A stretch of DNA of 64,000 nt from Amoebidium appalachense (Eukaryota > Protista > Ichthyosporea). Below are positions 1 through 21,117 of the stretch, in pieces. Below the pieces are notes generated by a model. That model had not been told where the DNA came from. It did not search any database and saw only the letters and a list, made by a program, of their open reading frames with translations. The first letter of the stretch is position 1. The number at the start of each line of letters is the position of its first letter. The translations under genes and the position numbers were made by a program. The stretch spans positions 6,460,889 to 6,524,888 of the forward strand of contig CAVNZM010000012.1 of NCBI GenBank assembly GCA_963693365.1, in the 5' to 3' direction.

Positions 1-57
1 TTTCCATGTTCCCCGGCAATTGCTCATTCCTCCTCCCCCCCCCCCCCCCCCCCCATA

Positions 58-93
<36 letters not shown>

Positions 94-208
94 CCCAAGT
101 TCTTCACTCTTTGAGAGTGCTTTACAATATTTGCATTGTGTCGCCGTCGTGAATATGCAGTTCCTACTTTGTAATACAAACCAAACCCCCCCCCCCCCCC
201 CCTCCAAA

Positions 209-254
<46 letters not shown>

Positions 255-359
255 ACCCCCCCACCCCTTCACCCCTTCACCCGCCACCCCCCCATCCTCC
301 ACCAACACACACACACACACACACAACACACACACACACCTCCAACCACTCTCCTGCAG

Positions 360-1753
<1,394 letters not shown>

Positions 1754-1984
1754 GCGCCGACTAATAACGAATCTCCACTCGTGTGTTTAAGCTTGTGTCG
1801 TAATACTGATTTGGCTTCTGTTTTCGGGGCATTCAACGTGGTTTTCTTTTTTCTTTTTTTTCTTTCCTTTCTTTCTTTCTTTTTTTTGTGTGGGGTAGGG
1901 GGGGGGGGGGGGGAGGGGGAGGGGGGACCAAAGAGCCTCTGGTAGAAGAGTTGATGTGTGTGTACATGGGGGGTTGCCGCTAAA

Positions 1985-3315
1985 TATTCAGGGGTCCCTC
2001 CTGAGTCCGTTGTTGTTTGACGTTTTCATTGACGATTTAGCCTGCGCCCTCGAACCCTTTGGCCAACTGCATATCCGCCGTGTACCGGGTCTTCTTTTTG
2101 CGGACGATATTGTTCTTTGTTCCTTAACCGAAGATGTCATGCACCAGATGCTTCGTCAGGTGGATCAATGGTGCACCGAAAATCTCATGACAGTCGGAAT
2201 TGCAAAGTGTGCTACTTTTTCGAAAAACGCTTACCTTTCGATTGGCCGGTCTTCCTATTCCTGTTCAGAGCACCTATGACTAAATGGGTATTCCTTTTAC
2301 TGCACGGGGTATTGATTTCCGCAAGCTCCTCACGGCACGGATCGCTCGTGCGAAGGGTAAGCTTTACATCGTGTCAAATATGTTCCAACGGGAGTCTGTG
2401 ATCCATCCTGCGAACCTTCTCTCTACTGTAAAACTTTTTTACGGCCGACTTTCGAATATGGACTTCCGCTATTGGCCTGCGCCCCACCTCGCGAGGCGGC
2501 CGTGGCGCTGAAAGAGTTCGACGATTTTCAGGGTACTGCGCTGCGCACTTTGTTTCGTACTCGGTTTGTGCCTCCCTTAATCAGTATGTTTGGATTGTCG
2601 TCTGCTGTTTGTCGTATGGAGGAATTGTCCCTTCGTTTTTGTTTTCATTTAGTTAGGGTACCTGATGGTCACCCTCGACTTTATGCTTTCTTTCCCCCCC
2701 TCCCTCCATCCCTCTTCCCCCCCGATTAACCTAGGCTACTTCTGAATGTCCTCAGCCTACCCTCTTTCAACCTGATTCTTCCTCTCGCTATCTCACTCCC
2801 TCTTTCTTTTCTCTTCCTGTTTTTTCTGCCTTTTCGCGTTATTACCATACGCAGTATAAGTTTCTTTCTCGTTCTGATAGAGAAATCAAAGGTAAAACTC
2901 AGCCGGCATGTGTTATGTTCCTTAGGCAACACCGTACTGATCATTATCGCTTTTTGGGAGCTTTGGCAGGATATATTTCTCCTGCTGTACGTATGGATAC
3001 CACCCTAGTAGATAAGTCTGTATGGTGCTCTGATGTTGATATTGCCTGGGAAGTTGTGCAGTGGCGTTGTAATTTTTGTTTTCATCGCCGGTGGTGCCAC
3101 TTTGTGCTGAACCTTTTAATCGCAAGCATGTTGATAGGTGTGAGTTTTTATGTCGCGTTTTACCTCCTTCCCTACGGGTGTCTGCTACACTGGCTGGCAA
3201 TGTGACCACGTTAGACTTTTTGTTGAATTCTGTTGGTCGTCACATTGAGTATTTATATGATTTTCACACAGTGTTCAGGTATCTCAGTATGCACTTGTTA
3301 CTGGATAACTCGTGA
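1985..3315 (+). mobile_element. Decayed, 5'-truncated non-LTR (LINE) retrotransposon: RT core plus C-terminal Cys/His region, frameshifted
   Basis: QGSLLSPLLFDVFIDDL and LLFADDIVL RT motifs, then KCA...MGIPF, spread over several broken frames (1956-2279, 2284-2511, 2472-2729, 2915-3205, 3076-3315). C-terminal region reads C..CAEPFNRKHVDRC. Confidence 0.8.
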
Positions 3316-3329
3316 ATTTTTTTTATTGC

Positions 3330-3860
3330 CTTCTCAGTATGCCGTGCAAACTTGCATATCTTTTTCCGTCGAATAAATCCAGTCAAAAGAAAAGAAAAAA
3401 AATATTCAGAGTTTACTTGCCGCAGCTCCGTAAATCAGCTTGCATGTGGTCCTTATCCATCACAATGTCCCCAAGAATGATTTCTTGTCAAAGTTTAATT
3501 TTCGTTTTTATTTTCTTCTCAGTATGCCGTGCATACTTGCATATCTTTCCGTCGAATAAATCCAGTCAAAAGAAGAAGAAAAAATTCGTTGAAAGCATAT
3601 TTTCTTTTCATCACAATGTCCCCAAGAATGATTTCTTGTCAAAGTAATTTTTTTTGAAAGCATATTTTCTTTTCATCACAATGTCCCCAAGAATGATTTC
3701 TTGTCAAAGCAATTTTTTGAAAGCATATTTTCTTTTCATCACAATGTCCCCAAGGATGATTTCTTGTCAATTGTAAAATGTTTTGAAAGCATATTTTCTT
3801 TCCATCACAATGTCCCCAAGAATGATTTCTTGTCAAAGTAATTTTTTTTGAAAGCATGTT
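3330..3860. repeat. Tandem repeat, ~65-bp unit (about 5 copies), plus a larger upstream duplication
   Basis: GAAAGCATATTTTCTTTTCATCACAATGTCCCCAAGAATGATTTCTTGTCAAAG recurs at ~3591, 3656, 3719 and 3785, with a partial copy at 3850. Segment 3330-3410 is duplicated at ~3515-3590. Confidence 0.9.
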
Positions 3861-4246
3861 TTTTTTTAAAAGTATGGACACACCCTTCCATTCAGTATGA
3901 TCTATCTAACCCCAACTTGAATCATGCAAGCGATACCGCCTGTCACTGGTGAACAGTGATACCAACAAACAAACTCTGAAAATCATTGAACACCGAAACA
4001 TTCACAAATGGTTTATTTATTTCCACGGATAACATTGCTATCCGGCTATGTTCGTTGCTGGGTGGAAATACTGTTGGTTTTGTGCCGGCACAGTCTGTGG
4101 GTGCCTTTGCCGCCATAATCGGATATTTCGACTTTTCGTGAAAAGACCATTCCCCCCTCCCCCCTCCCCCCTCTCCCCCTACCCTCCCATCACCACCCAC
4201 TCATCCTACTACAATCTCTCTCTCTCTCTCTCTCTCTCCCTCCCCC

Positions 4247-4282
<36 letters not shown>

Positions 4283-5133
4283 CCCCTCCCCCCCTCCCCC
4301 CGGCCCCAAACCCACCCATCCAGTGTTGTCCTTCCCCTTTTCCGCTCCGCTCACCTTTTTGTCTCCATGTGTATTAAAAACGTTGGTATGATAAATTTAT
4401 GTTGTCACTTGGGTCTATTAGCAATATTAGGACTTTGCCGCTTACGTACTTGAGTAATATATTGTGTTAAAGTTGAGATCGGAAGGTCGGTTGTCAGAAA
4501 TGCTGTATAATAAGTTGTTGTGATACATATATCGATACAGTGAGAAAAGGGGGATTGAGATACTTCCGGATTTAGAAGTATCATGGAGACATTTGATTGG
4601 CGTACAATCTAAATATGTAGTCCGACAAATTTGGGACTCTCATAATGTAAATGACGTCATAATATATAGCAGACTACGTCTTGAGAGCCTTCAAAAAACA
4701 AAAACAAACTCAAGTTTGAACACTTTCCCACATTCTTGATAGCGCGACGTCGACACTTATAATTAACGGGTCTATCATTTTGCGTCATTCATGCACTTCT
4801 TTAACATATTTGCTTTTCTTCGTCCTGTTTTTTTGTAAGCATAAAGGATTTCAGAGCTTTTTTGTACTTTTTTTCCCACCGTGAAGAGCGCCGGCACTGT
4901 TAGCTCCGGTAGGTGTCCTGCCCTATTTCGCATAACTCACCATGTTCGCCATCCTTCATTGCTCTGACAACATGAAAATACATGGAACGCCCACCGTGAC
5001 ACACAAGCGCGCACACACTCACCCACACGTATGCACGAGCACACAAACACGCGCGCACACACACAAACACACACAAACGCACACACACACACGCACGCAC
5101 ACAACTCAGACACACACACACCTACACACACAA

Positions 5134-5221
<88 letters not shown>

Positions 5222-5354
5222 TAAACACTTATGTGCACCCGAAAGTCCTTTAGCTTTGTTCACCCCTTTCTGAACATTCGTAGCACACACACACACGTTG
5301 CGCGCGCGCGCAAATATTTTCTAGGCTACTTGGGCTAGTTTACGAAACACACAG

Positions 5355-5385
<31 letters not shown>

Positions 5386-5712
5386 ACCTCCTCATCCTCC
5401 CCTGCCCATTAGCCCTCCCCCAGTCCTGCTAGTCCTCGGACTCCCTGCCGTTCCTCCCTGGCCTGCTTACTTTCACCTCCTTTCTTTCACTTACACCTCC
5501 AACTTACACGACACCTGCACATGCCAACACACAAGCGCACACGCACACATCCAGGCGTGCTCACTGCAACGGTAGGATATTTTTCATGCTTTCTCCTTCT
5601 TTCTCTCTATTGCACAATGTCGTCCCCCTTTCCCCTTGGGCTAATGCTTTTCCCCTCTCACCCTCTCCTAGTGATGCACACGCGTGCAAGCATGCATCCA
5701 ACCACACACACA

Positions 5713-5767
<55 letters not shown>

Positions 5768-5832
5768 ACACGTACACGTACACACTCCAAGGAAGACACA
5801 CGACCATGTGTTTCAGGGCCCATAACACACAG

Positions 5833-7677
<1,845 letters not shown>

Positions 7678-8858
7678 GTAAGAAACTCCCCCCCCGCCAC
7701 CCCTCCTCCGGGCCTTCAAGCACACAAATTCGTGGAAGTTTGTTCCAACTTTGCCCATGCTCACTAACAACCCCTCCCCATCCCCTTCACCATACACAAG
7801 CCCACTCTACTTACTATGTACACCACCATCGTCTTACCCCCCAGGGCCCCATGATCATAGTGACTGCCTGTCGTGCAACTCAGAACACCATCTTCGTACC
7901 CACACACAGACGTAACACCCCGCACAGACGGAAGTGCACAGTCAAACACCAACACGTCCGTGTGAGACCAACGGGGGCCGGGGGTGCCCGGGGAGGGAGG
8001 GAGGGGGGGGAAGACAAATACGGAATATCGCACATAGTGTCACACAGCTACTCAGATAGTTATTCTTGCCTGGTTACCCCTTACCCCTGCTACGACAATC
8101 AGTTGGTTTGGGCAACTGGGTTACGTTGGGCTTTGTTCCTTTCCGGCCACAGCAAAGCTGAGAATAGGTGAAAAAAGACGTAGCCTTCCCTGATCAAGGG
8201 GCACCTCCTTTTGTAGCACCGCAAAGAAACACGAAGCGGCAGCCCTCAATATCAAAGCTGTTGAACGCATTACACGAGCACTAGGCATGAACACACAGTA
8301 CTCATACGGCGTGCTGGAAGCCACTGGCAATGCACCGCTGGCTGCAGTATGTTGAAGACCTTTTGGTCTGGCAGGCCCTGTTGCTTACCGCGCAAGCATT
8401 ATGTTTTAGAGGGCGATTTTTATTCCGGCAAAGTGCGTCTCCTTTTCCTGTACGTTAGACACCTTCATCTCGGCAGTTCTCTACCCCTGCACTGCGAACA
8501 CCATCACCAGCCTTGAGCGTTTGCTTCTCCTGCACGCATGCTGGACGTTCATGAGCCACGGTTGAACGGTATACCTACTAGCCCTAGTTTAGCTCAAAAT
8601 TGAAGCGGAAAAAAGGTGGTGATTGATGTCTGGCGCAATGTACTAAACGGAACATAACCTGAAGAATGAACACGGAAAACTGACGCCTGAGGGAAGTCGC
8701 GGTTCGCGGACTGTGGTTTTTCCAATGTTTTCACTGCCATCCAGAGCTTTGCGTAACGGTAAATTGGAAGAGGGTATCAGAAATTTAATTGATTACTCAC
8801 GAATTTGCATTAATGGCCATAGATCGCTATAGAACCCCGGAATTTGAACCGTTAGGCC

Positions 8859-9466
8859 TTAACCCCTGAGCCGTTCGCCGGGAGGCCAAAATAGTTGAAC
8901 GAGCTTTGAAAAATAGAAAAAATCATTAAAGGCGGCCAAAGTAGACAAAAATGCACCAAGCACATGTACATACGTTTTTCTTTGTGTCCCATAAAAAAAA
9001 AACGGCCGGCGTGTTCCTATGTGTCCGCACGTGTTATGAACACGTGATTTGTGTCGATTTTGTCAATCGCGGCGGGGTTTCTTTCAAGACAAATTACGTA
9101 CAGGGGCTCCCGTGAATCCCCGTAAAGATCTCAGCTGAGTCGGATTGATGCTTATATCAGCCGATCGATTCCAGGGTTGGAATCCGTGAATCCCGGGCAT
9201 CCTCTTACCGCCAGCGTTCGAAATTGGGGGGCCGGCCGCTGAAAATAGAGACACAGTTAGGCAGAACACCCACGAGAAACAGAAAAATATAGTCGACCCC
9301 GGTGTTTTCAATGTTTTTCGAAAGTAGAAAACATACTTACTTAGCCAGAAATTCCTAGCGTCATGACTATTACGCTTCAGGCGCTATACTGTATATTTCG
9401 AAGGTCGCTGATGCATTTATTTTTGAATATGATGGAAAAATGCATCGGCGAACGGCTAGGGGTTAA
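8859..9466. mobile_element. Non-autonomous piggyBac-type element (MITE, ~600 bp)
   Basis: TTAA|CCCCTGAGCCGTTCGCCG at 8859-8880 and CGGCGAACGGCTAGGGG|TTAA at 9446-9466. These are inverted termini (1-nt indel) starting CCC, with TTAA target duplication and no transposase ORF. Confidence 0.85.
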
Positions 9467-9539
9467 CATACGCGCACGTGCATTTAGTAAACACAAAATA
9501 CAGTCCCTATACCGACCGGCTGCGCATTACTGGCACGTG

Positions 9540-9900
9540 CACGCACGCATGATACCCATCTCTTCTTCCCTTACATTACCGACACTCATCATACCCATCG
9601 CGTCTTTCATGGCCTACACATAATGCCCATCTCTTCTTCCATCTCGTCTTCCATTGCCTCAGATATCACTCTCTTTTTCCATCGCTAACAAGCAACACAC
9701 TGATCTCCTCTTCCATCACTAACACGTATCACACTCATCTCTTGTTCCATCACTGACACGCATCACACCCAACTCTTCTTCCATTACCTACACATTATAC
9801 CGATTTCTTCTTCCAATCCACGCATCAAACTCCTCTCTCCTTTCATCAACGACACGTAACATACCCATATCTACTTTCTTTAGTGACAAGCACTACCCAT
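9540..9900. repeat. Degenerate minisatellite, ~36-40-bp unit
   Basis: Recurring CAC(A)CTCATCTCTTCTTCCATCACTAACACG-like units. Confidence 0.7.
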
Positions 9901-10634
9901 TCACTAATTCAGAGTTGATTGTGGGACGTTATGACATCCCCCCGGTCTGGAAGACGGCGTCCCGGCGTCTTTGACGCCTCTGCGCTCGCTCCCAGGCCAG
10001 GTCAACCCAGAGGTACGCATGGATCGTACCTTCTGAAGTTCTCTGCTACCAAGTAATGATAGAGGAGTTGGGCCTCTGTGGCCTCTGACCTGGATATGAC
10101 CCGGACCCACAGCCACCTAAAAACACCCCGGACCTGAGCTGAGACCCATTTACAAATTCAGAGTTGCTTGTGGGACGTTCATGACATGTTTTGATAGTGT
10201 GTTTTCTGATTGGTGCACTGCGCACCACTGCGCGATTATGATTGGTTGTCTAAAAATCGCACCGCCGAGCCAAGAGCGCAAGGTCGCAAACTCGAAACAA
10301 AACACAACATGTAGGCTTTTTCATGTTTATGGATGGGCCATGCAGAGAACCTCTCTCTACTTCACATCCATGTTTTGTACCCTTATTTTTAACTATATTA
10401 GACTTTGTTATTGAACCAAAAACTCTCATCTGTACGCAAGACAAGCCTCAAATTATACCAGCCACATCCGCTGCTTTCTGTGACACAGCAATGTTTGCTT
10501 GCTCATTATATTTTTTTGTGTAGTCACAGCAACAATTTTTCACTTTTGCATCCGGTCTCCTACTTTTTCCCTCTCTTTGGCCCTATTGTGCTACCTCTCT
10601 CTCCGTTTTTGTTTTGTGTGTGTGACTGTGGCAG

Positions 10635-15098
<4,464 letters not shown>

Positions 15099-15800
15099 GT
15101 GGGGTCTAACGGTGATTTGAGTTTTAAAATGCAAATGTGATTGGTGCGTTTAAAATTGTGCAGCCACAAAACAGGAGGAGGCACTGTCTATGATTAGTGG
15201 GTGCTTCTGGTGGAATGTGTCCACTTTGACACCACACGTACATTAGTGAGCACATATACACACATGTTTAGTTTGTAAACACTTACGGAGAAATCCCATG
15301 CATGTACACCCGATAATTCCTGCTCCGCATACGCATCTGTTAATGAAGCACTTACGTACACACGCACGTACACACGTTTGCAAAACAGTTCATGCATGTC
15401 GGACCAGGTGAACAAAACGTAGAAAACCGTACGGACTGTTAAGAAATATTTACAAGGGTCTCAAAAATGGTTGCCTTCTTTGGATAAATTAGTAATAATT
15501 TTAGTTTAGTCCATAGTACTTGGAGCGAGCCACATGTACAACACAGTTTCTGTGATGATCACATGATTAATCTTTGATCAATCTGCATGAGTTTCTTGTT
15601 CATGTTCATCCAAGCAGTGTGATGGGTGAAAGCTGGGTTAATGCAGACATGCAATTTGATGCAAAGTGGAGCATGCGGAAATACGGCTACATCCTGTACA
15701 GATCAAATTGAATGCCGTTGGCAAACGGTTGGGCTAAATTATGTGGTGCATACAATAAACACTTGTGCAACCTTGTGGTCCTCGTGTGTGTGTGTATCTG

Positions 15801-15842
<42 letters not shown>

Positions 15843-16736
15843 TGTTTGTGTGTGTGTGTGCGTGTGCGTGCGCGCGCGCGCGCGCGTGTGTGCGTGCTTG
15901 TGCGTGTGTGTGTGCCTGCGTGCGTTTATGCTACATGTGCACGTGTGCGCACACTGTGTGCATGTGTATCCCTTGAGCGTAGCGTATGCGAAGAGTGTGT
16001 TTGTGTTTCATAATTTGCGGTTGCAAAGTGTGCAACGTACGGACGGGGTGATCCTGTGCGCATGTCACTTGAATGTGCCTCCCGTGTCTGTTTATGTGTG
16101 TGGTGAATGGTACGTGCCACATGGCTGTAACAGTTTTTTTACACGTATGTAGGACATGGTGAGTGCGTGTGCGTATTGTAGCAGTTGTCGCAGCTGCGGA
16201 TATGTGTGTGCCATCTGTGTGAACTATGTTCCACTACGTATTGTACACATGTGAAAATTGTGTGTGTGCACCTTCACGACTTGTGCTTTTTTGAGTATAC
16301 ATGTGATATATATAGAGTAGTGCCACGGTGATGTATGCGACATCGTGTGCGCTTCACGGTGTGTCAATGCCACAGTGTTTGTGTTTGTGTGCGTTTGTCC
16401 ATGCGCTTGCGCGGCTTGTGCGGCTTGTGCGTGCGTATGCACGCGCATGCCATGTGTGTGCATGCACATTTTGTGCCTGTACGTGTGTGTGTGTGTGTGT
16501 GTTTTTCTTTTGTGTGTGTGTGTGTGTGTCACGTTTTGCGTGCATGTTCGTGAGTGTGTATACGTGTGTGTGTGTGTGCGTAGGTACGTGTATGCGTGCG
16601 TGCATGGATAGCGTGTGCCCGCGTATATGTGTACATGTGTGTACGCGTATCTCCTTGGTCCGGAAGACGTAAATACCCGTCTTCTAGAACAACTTTGAGG
16701 TTTTCTTATTTTTCGATCGCGTTGTTGCCAGAAGAC

Positions 16737-16792
16737 CAAGGCCTCCTATATACTAACATATAGGATCCGGAGTTAATATATAGGAGGCCTTG
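16737..16792. mobile_element. 56-bp hAT-type micro-MITE
   Basis: Perfect 16-bp terminal inverted repeats CAAGGCCTCCTATATA / TATATAGGAGGCCTTG, flanked by an exact 8-bp direct repeat CAGAAGAC (16729-16736 and 16793-16800). Confidence 0.85.
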
Positions 16793-18709
16793 CAGAAGAC
16801 CCCTAACAAGTAAAGTGTCGCTATAAAGCCTATGATATTTATAACAACTTTCTATAATACGCGAAGCGCGGTTTACTAATGATAAAGCGGTTTATTTTTT
16901 TTTTAAAAAGTGGCTTGGTCGTGATTTCTCGAAGACGGCAAAACACCGCTTCTAGACTTAGAATTTGGCACTCTATCAGATCGATCGATTTTATCATACT
17001 TAGCGCTGTGGCCCCGGCTGGAGCAACTGTGGTTCCTCGGTTCACTGTTCGAAGCGCTGTTGCCAGAGCCTTTCGTGCTTGCTTCTATTCAAGTATAAGG
17101 CACGGGTATGACACTCAAAAGTCTTTTGTTATTCATTGCACACCATACGCTTGGTATGTGAACAATTAATGAGGGGGCAGCAGAAACGGTAGGCCAGGTC
17201 TAGGCCTGGTAACCGCTCAGCCGCTGCCATAAACTTCGCAACTTGAAATGAAACAACAGCATTTGTGGGACTACTGTTACCTTACGCAGTGGTTGGCTGA
17301 GCTCGATTTTAAACAACATCTGCTCGCTCATGTGCAGACCATAGTGGGCTACTGTGGTAGATCTGAGTGAGGAGCAGATGACCTTACAAACATCGCCTGT
17401 GCATGGCACACGGTCAATGTGTGTTTATATGCTATAGAACTTCAAACAAGAACTTCGTTGTGTCAAGTGGGCAGCGTAAGTTATGGTGCTTTATACCTCC
17501 AGAGAGAAAAAGCAGCCTGGGGGGCTGGAGAATGGAGCAAGGGAGGGAGCGAAAGGGAAAGTTCTCGAAGCCACATTCCACACTCATCACCAACATTCGA
17601 AAGTGTAGGGGCCAGGATAACATGAAACAAAGGTTATTGTGCATAACGAAGGCTTTTTTTGTTTGGGAAAAAGTAAGGAGAAAAGGTGCAAAGAGGAAGC
17701 GAAGTTGGCAGAAAAGTCCTCGGCCAAAAGCGCTGGGCCGGGCTGCCGCCAGCGGCGCCGGCGGAATCGATCGATCGTATTAGAGAAATTTTCTAAATCC
17801 AGAAGACGGAAAAACACCGCTTCTAGCCGCGATCGATTTTCCTCCCAGTGTCCGGTCTGTGCGTGTATACGTAGGCCTAGGAGTCGTACACAACTGTACA
17901 GGAATGCATTTTTGAAACTTTGCGCCATCGGTTGCCCATCTGATTGGCCTTCCATTTTGTGCCTTGCCAATCAATCGGAAGACAACCACCAATCACATTA
18001 GTCAAATCATGAGCACCAATCAACATTTCGCTCTATGGTCACGCTAAACTCACGATTGCGACATTGCAAAAACTAATGTTCTTCAAAAAATGAAACACCG
18101 TTAAAGAACATGTTTACAAAAATGAAGAAAAAAAAAGCATGTAAGAAAGTAACTGTATCTTTTTTGCTCAGCAATAGAATTTGTTCCGTGCCGTAAGTTG
18201 CTTATCATGCCTATAGAGTGACATAAAGCCTTTAGTTATTTTATACAGGTGATCATTTTTGGAATTTGCTAACAAAGCGAGATCTAGCGGTCTCCCAGCA
18301 TCTTGGTAAAAAGTGTGTCGCGGACTCGCGCTCTCAAGCTTCTCATGAGCACTCCCGCTTCAAGTCATCATTGCAACCATCGCAAACATTGGGTGCACGT
18401 GTTTTATGATTTACCTGGCAGGCACCTTTATACTCCCACTATCACTATAGACCAAGCTTACGGAAACACGCATGTGCTTGCACACACACCGGTTTCTTGA
18501 AAACCACACACAAGTACGAAGTTTCGACACTGCACCTTCTTCAAAACTGTGTGCTGGCCTTCAAGTTTCTCCGTTCGAAGATTCAGATTGAAAACCATCC
18601 ATCTCTCATATTCCCTAGGGCAATCTTTTACATAGAGTCTAATCGACACCATTCTTTCCTATCATTTCTCCTCCCAGTCTAGCCCTCTCTCTTGGGCTTT
18701 GACTTAAAA

Positions 18710-19375
18710 ATGCCTCCACACGTGCAAGCATCGGCTGCTGTTACTGACAGTGTAGACGAGATGTCCCCAGATTCAAGCCCTAAGCACATTTGCGAAACCA
18801 AAGAGGTACGTGAGAACAGATGTTGTAGAAGCATTCATTGACGAAACGATTGTAGGGCTGGCGCTTTACCTTGACTTGGCACTTTTAAATAGCTGATAAC
18901 TGCCTTGGCATACGACAAGATTCCTTCCGGCGCCTGCCCTCACGGGCGCGCCCGACTCTCGCTCTTACTCTTTTATCACTGCTTTTTGTCCCTTCACCGC
19001 ACCGCTTATTCCCCCCCCTCCCCCCCCTCCCTTCCACCTCTCACGTCGCCTTTTGTCACTACAATCGTGCCACACACGAACACACACACACGCACACATG
19101 CACATACCCGCGCACACAGTCACACACACAAGTGCGCATGCACACATACACACACACGCACATGCACACACCAAACACACGAACACACTCCCCGGCCCCC
19201 CTGCCCCCCCCCCCCCCCCCCCCCCCCCTCCCCCTTTTCAACCTTCTTCCGTCCGTCGTCTCCGCACACAAAAAACCTAAAAAAAGGTATAGGCACACAC
19301 GTGAACACACTAAAGCAAGCACATACACGCGCATGATCGCTTGCACATCGACACACAATAAACACACGCACGCGC

Positions 19376-19429
<54 letters not shown>

Positions 19430-19702
19430 CAACATATGCACCCCCCCCCCCCCCCCCCCCCCCTCTGCCCCAACATTTGAGCACACACACTGCCAACTGT
19501 ACTTTACCCTCCCTCCCCCCTTTCCCCTCACCCCCAAACCTGTGCACCCCAACCTTCCCTGAGCTTCTGCACACATACACACACTGACACATGCACATAC
19601 ACATACGCACACATACACACGTGTGTGCGCGCACACACACCCACACACACGCACACCACACGCACACACACACCAAAAAATTCACACCCACAATCCCTTC
19701 CA

Positions 19703-19749
<47 letters not shown>

Positions 19750-20573
19750 AGGATGCAAAACGTGAGCTCGAATGGTACGAGCATGGTCTCCAGGCCCTCT
19801 CCGTTTTCATCATTGGAAATCTCTTCTGCAACTGTCTTATCGTGTTTGGGGTGGCACACTATGTGCTCTCCCATGTGGGGATCGAATGGATGCTGCTACC
19901 TTTTGTCGTTATTTACTTTGTCAACGTGTACACGTCCAAGGCACACATCACAGGTTAATGTCCTTAGTTTTTGCCCCCCCCCCCCCCCCCCCCCCCCACC
20001 CCACCCCTCCCCTCTCCCCACGCCTTTGCCTGTTTTGCCATTTTCTATTAGCCGGAAAAGAGTTGCGGATTGTGTTTTGCTGGCTGCTGTATCCTTCCCC
20101 TCCCCCCCCCCCCCTCCCCCCCTCGGTCTATATCCCAAGACCAGCCTTCAACTCAACCCTGCCGGTTCCTCCCCCTCTGTCCCCTACCTCGACTTGCATA
20201 TCACCTGCACTAATCACGGCATTCACACAACCATCTACAACAAGCTCGACACACCCACGTTCAATACACTAGACATCGTTCGTTTCCCACATCACGACTC
20301 ATTCATCTCCCGCACTGCAAAATACGGCATCATGACAAGTCAAATGCATAGCTACCAGCGCAAATGCTCCACACTTGCTGCATTCACCACATGCACTGCA
20401 CGACTTGCTAAAACATTGCTTAACAAAGGCTACTCGTTTAGACTCTTGCACCACAAAATGCACAGCTTTCTCGCCACACACCCGCACATATACCGTGGCG
20501 TTCACTCCTCTCACATACTCTCCATCATCACTAAAAAGATCAACACTCCCTAGTCCCCCACTCTATCCCCGGT

Positions 20574-20613
<40 letters not shown>

Positions 20614-20630
20614 TACCAGCCCCTACACCT

Positions 20631-20662
<32 letters not shown>

Positions 20663-20831
20663 CCCCCCCCCTCCCTCTCTCTCTCCCTCTCTCTCTCCCT
20701 CTCCCTCTCTCTCCCTCCCTCTCTCTCTCTCTGTCTCCCTCTCTCGCTCTCTTTCGTTCTCTCTCGTTCTCTCCCTCCCTCTCTCTCTCTCTCCCTCTCC
20801 CCCTCTCTCCCCCTCTCCCCCCCCCCTTCCC

Positions 20832-20862
<31 letters not shown>

Positions 20863-20989
20863 CTCTCTCTCCCCCGCTCCTTTTCCCAAACAATTCCCCC
20901 CGCCGTTCTTCTTTCTCAGCCGGCTAGGTTTTTTGGGTTGCCTGGTAAGTTTTGAAATGGAGGTCTCGTCTCTGATCTGTCCACCACAG

Positions 20990-21038
<49 letters not shown>

Positions 21039-21077
21039 CCCCTCCCTCCCTCCCCTCCCTTCCCTCCCCCCCCCCCC

Positions 21078-21117
<40 letters not shown>

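Noticed and set aside
8385-8580. Minus-strand exon candidates
   Set aside because: Frames cannot be joined without a stop or an implausible ~15-nt intron.
9938-10143. SRP (7SL) or RNase P/MRP RNA
   Set aside because: No Alu-domain motif, helix-8 GNRA/AGCAG signature or P4 consensus on either strand.
16815-18225. Possible degenerate TIR element (GTCGCTATAAAGCCTATGATA vs TATCATGCCTATAGAGTGAC) with an internal repeated GAAGACGG.AAAACACCGCTTCTAG
   Set aside because: Inverted match is poor and no TSD or transposase could be identified.
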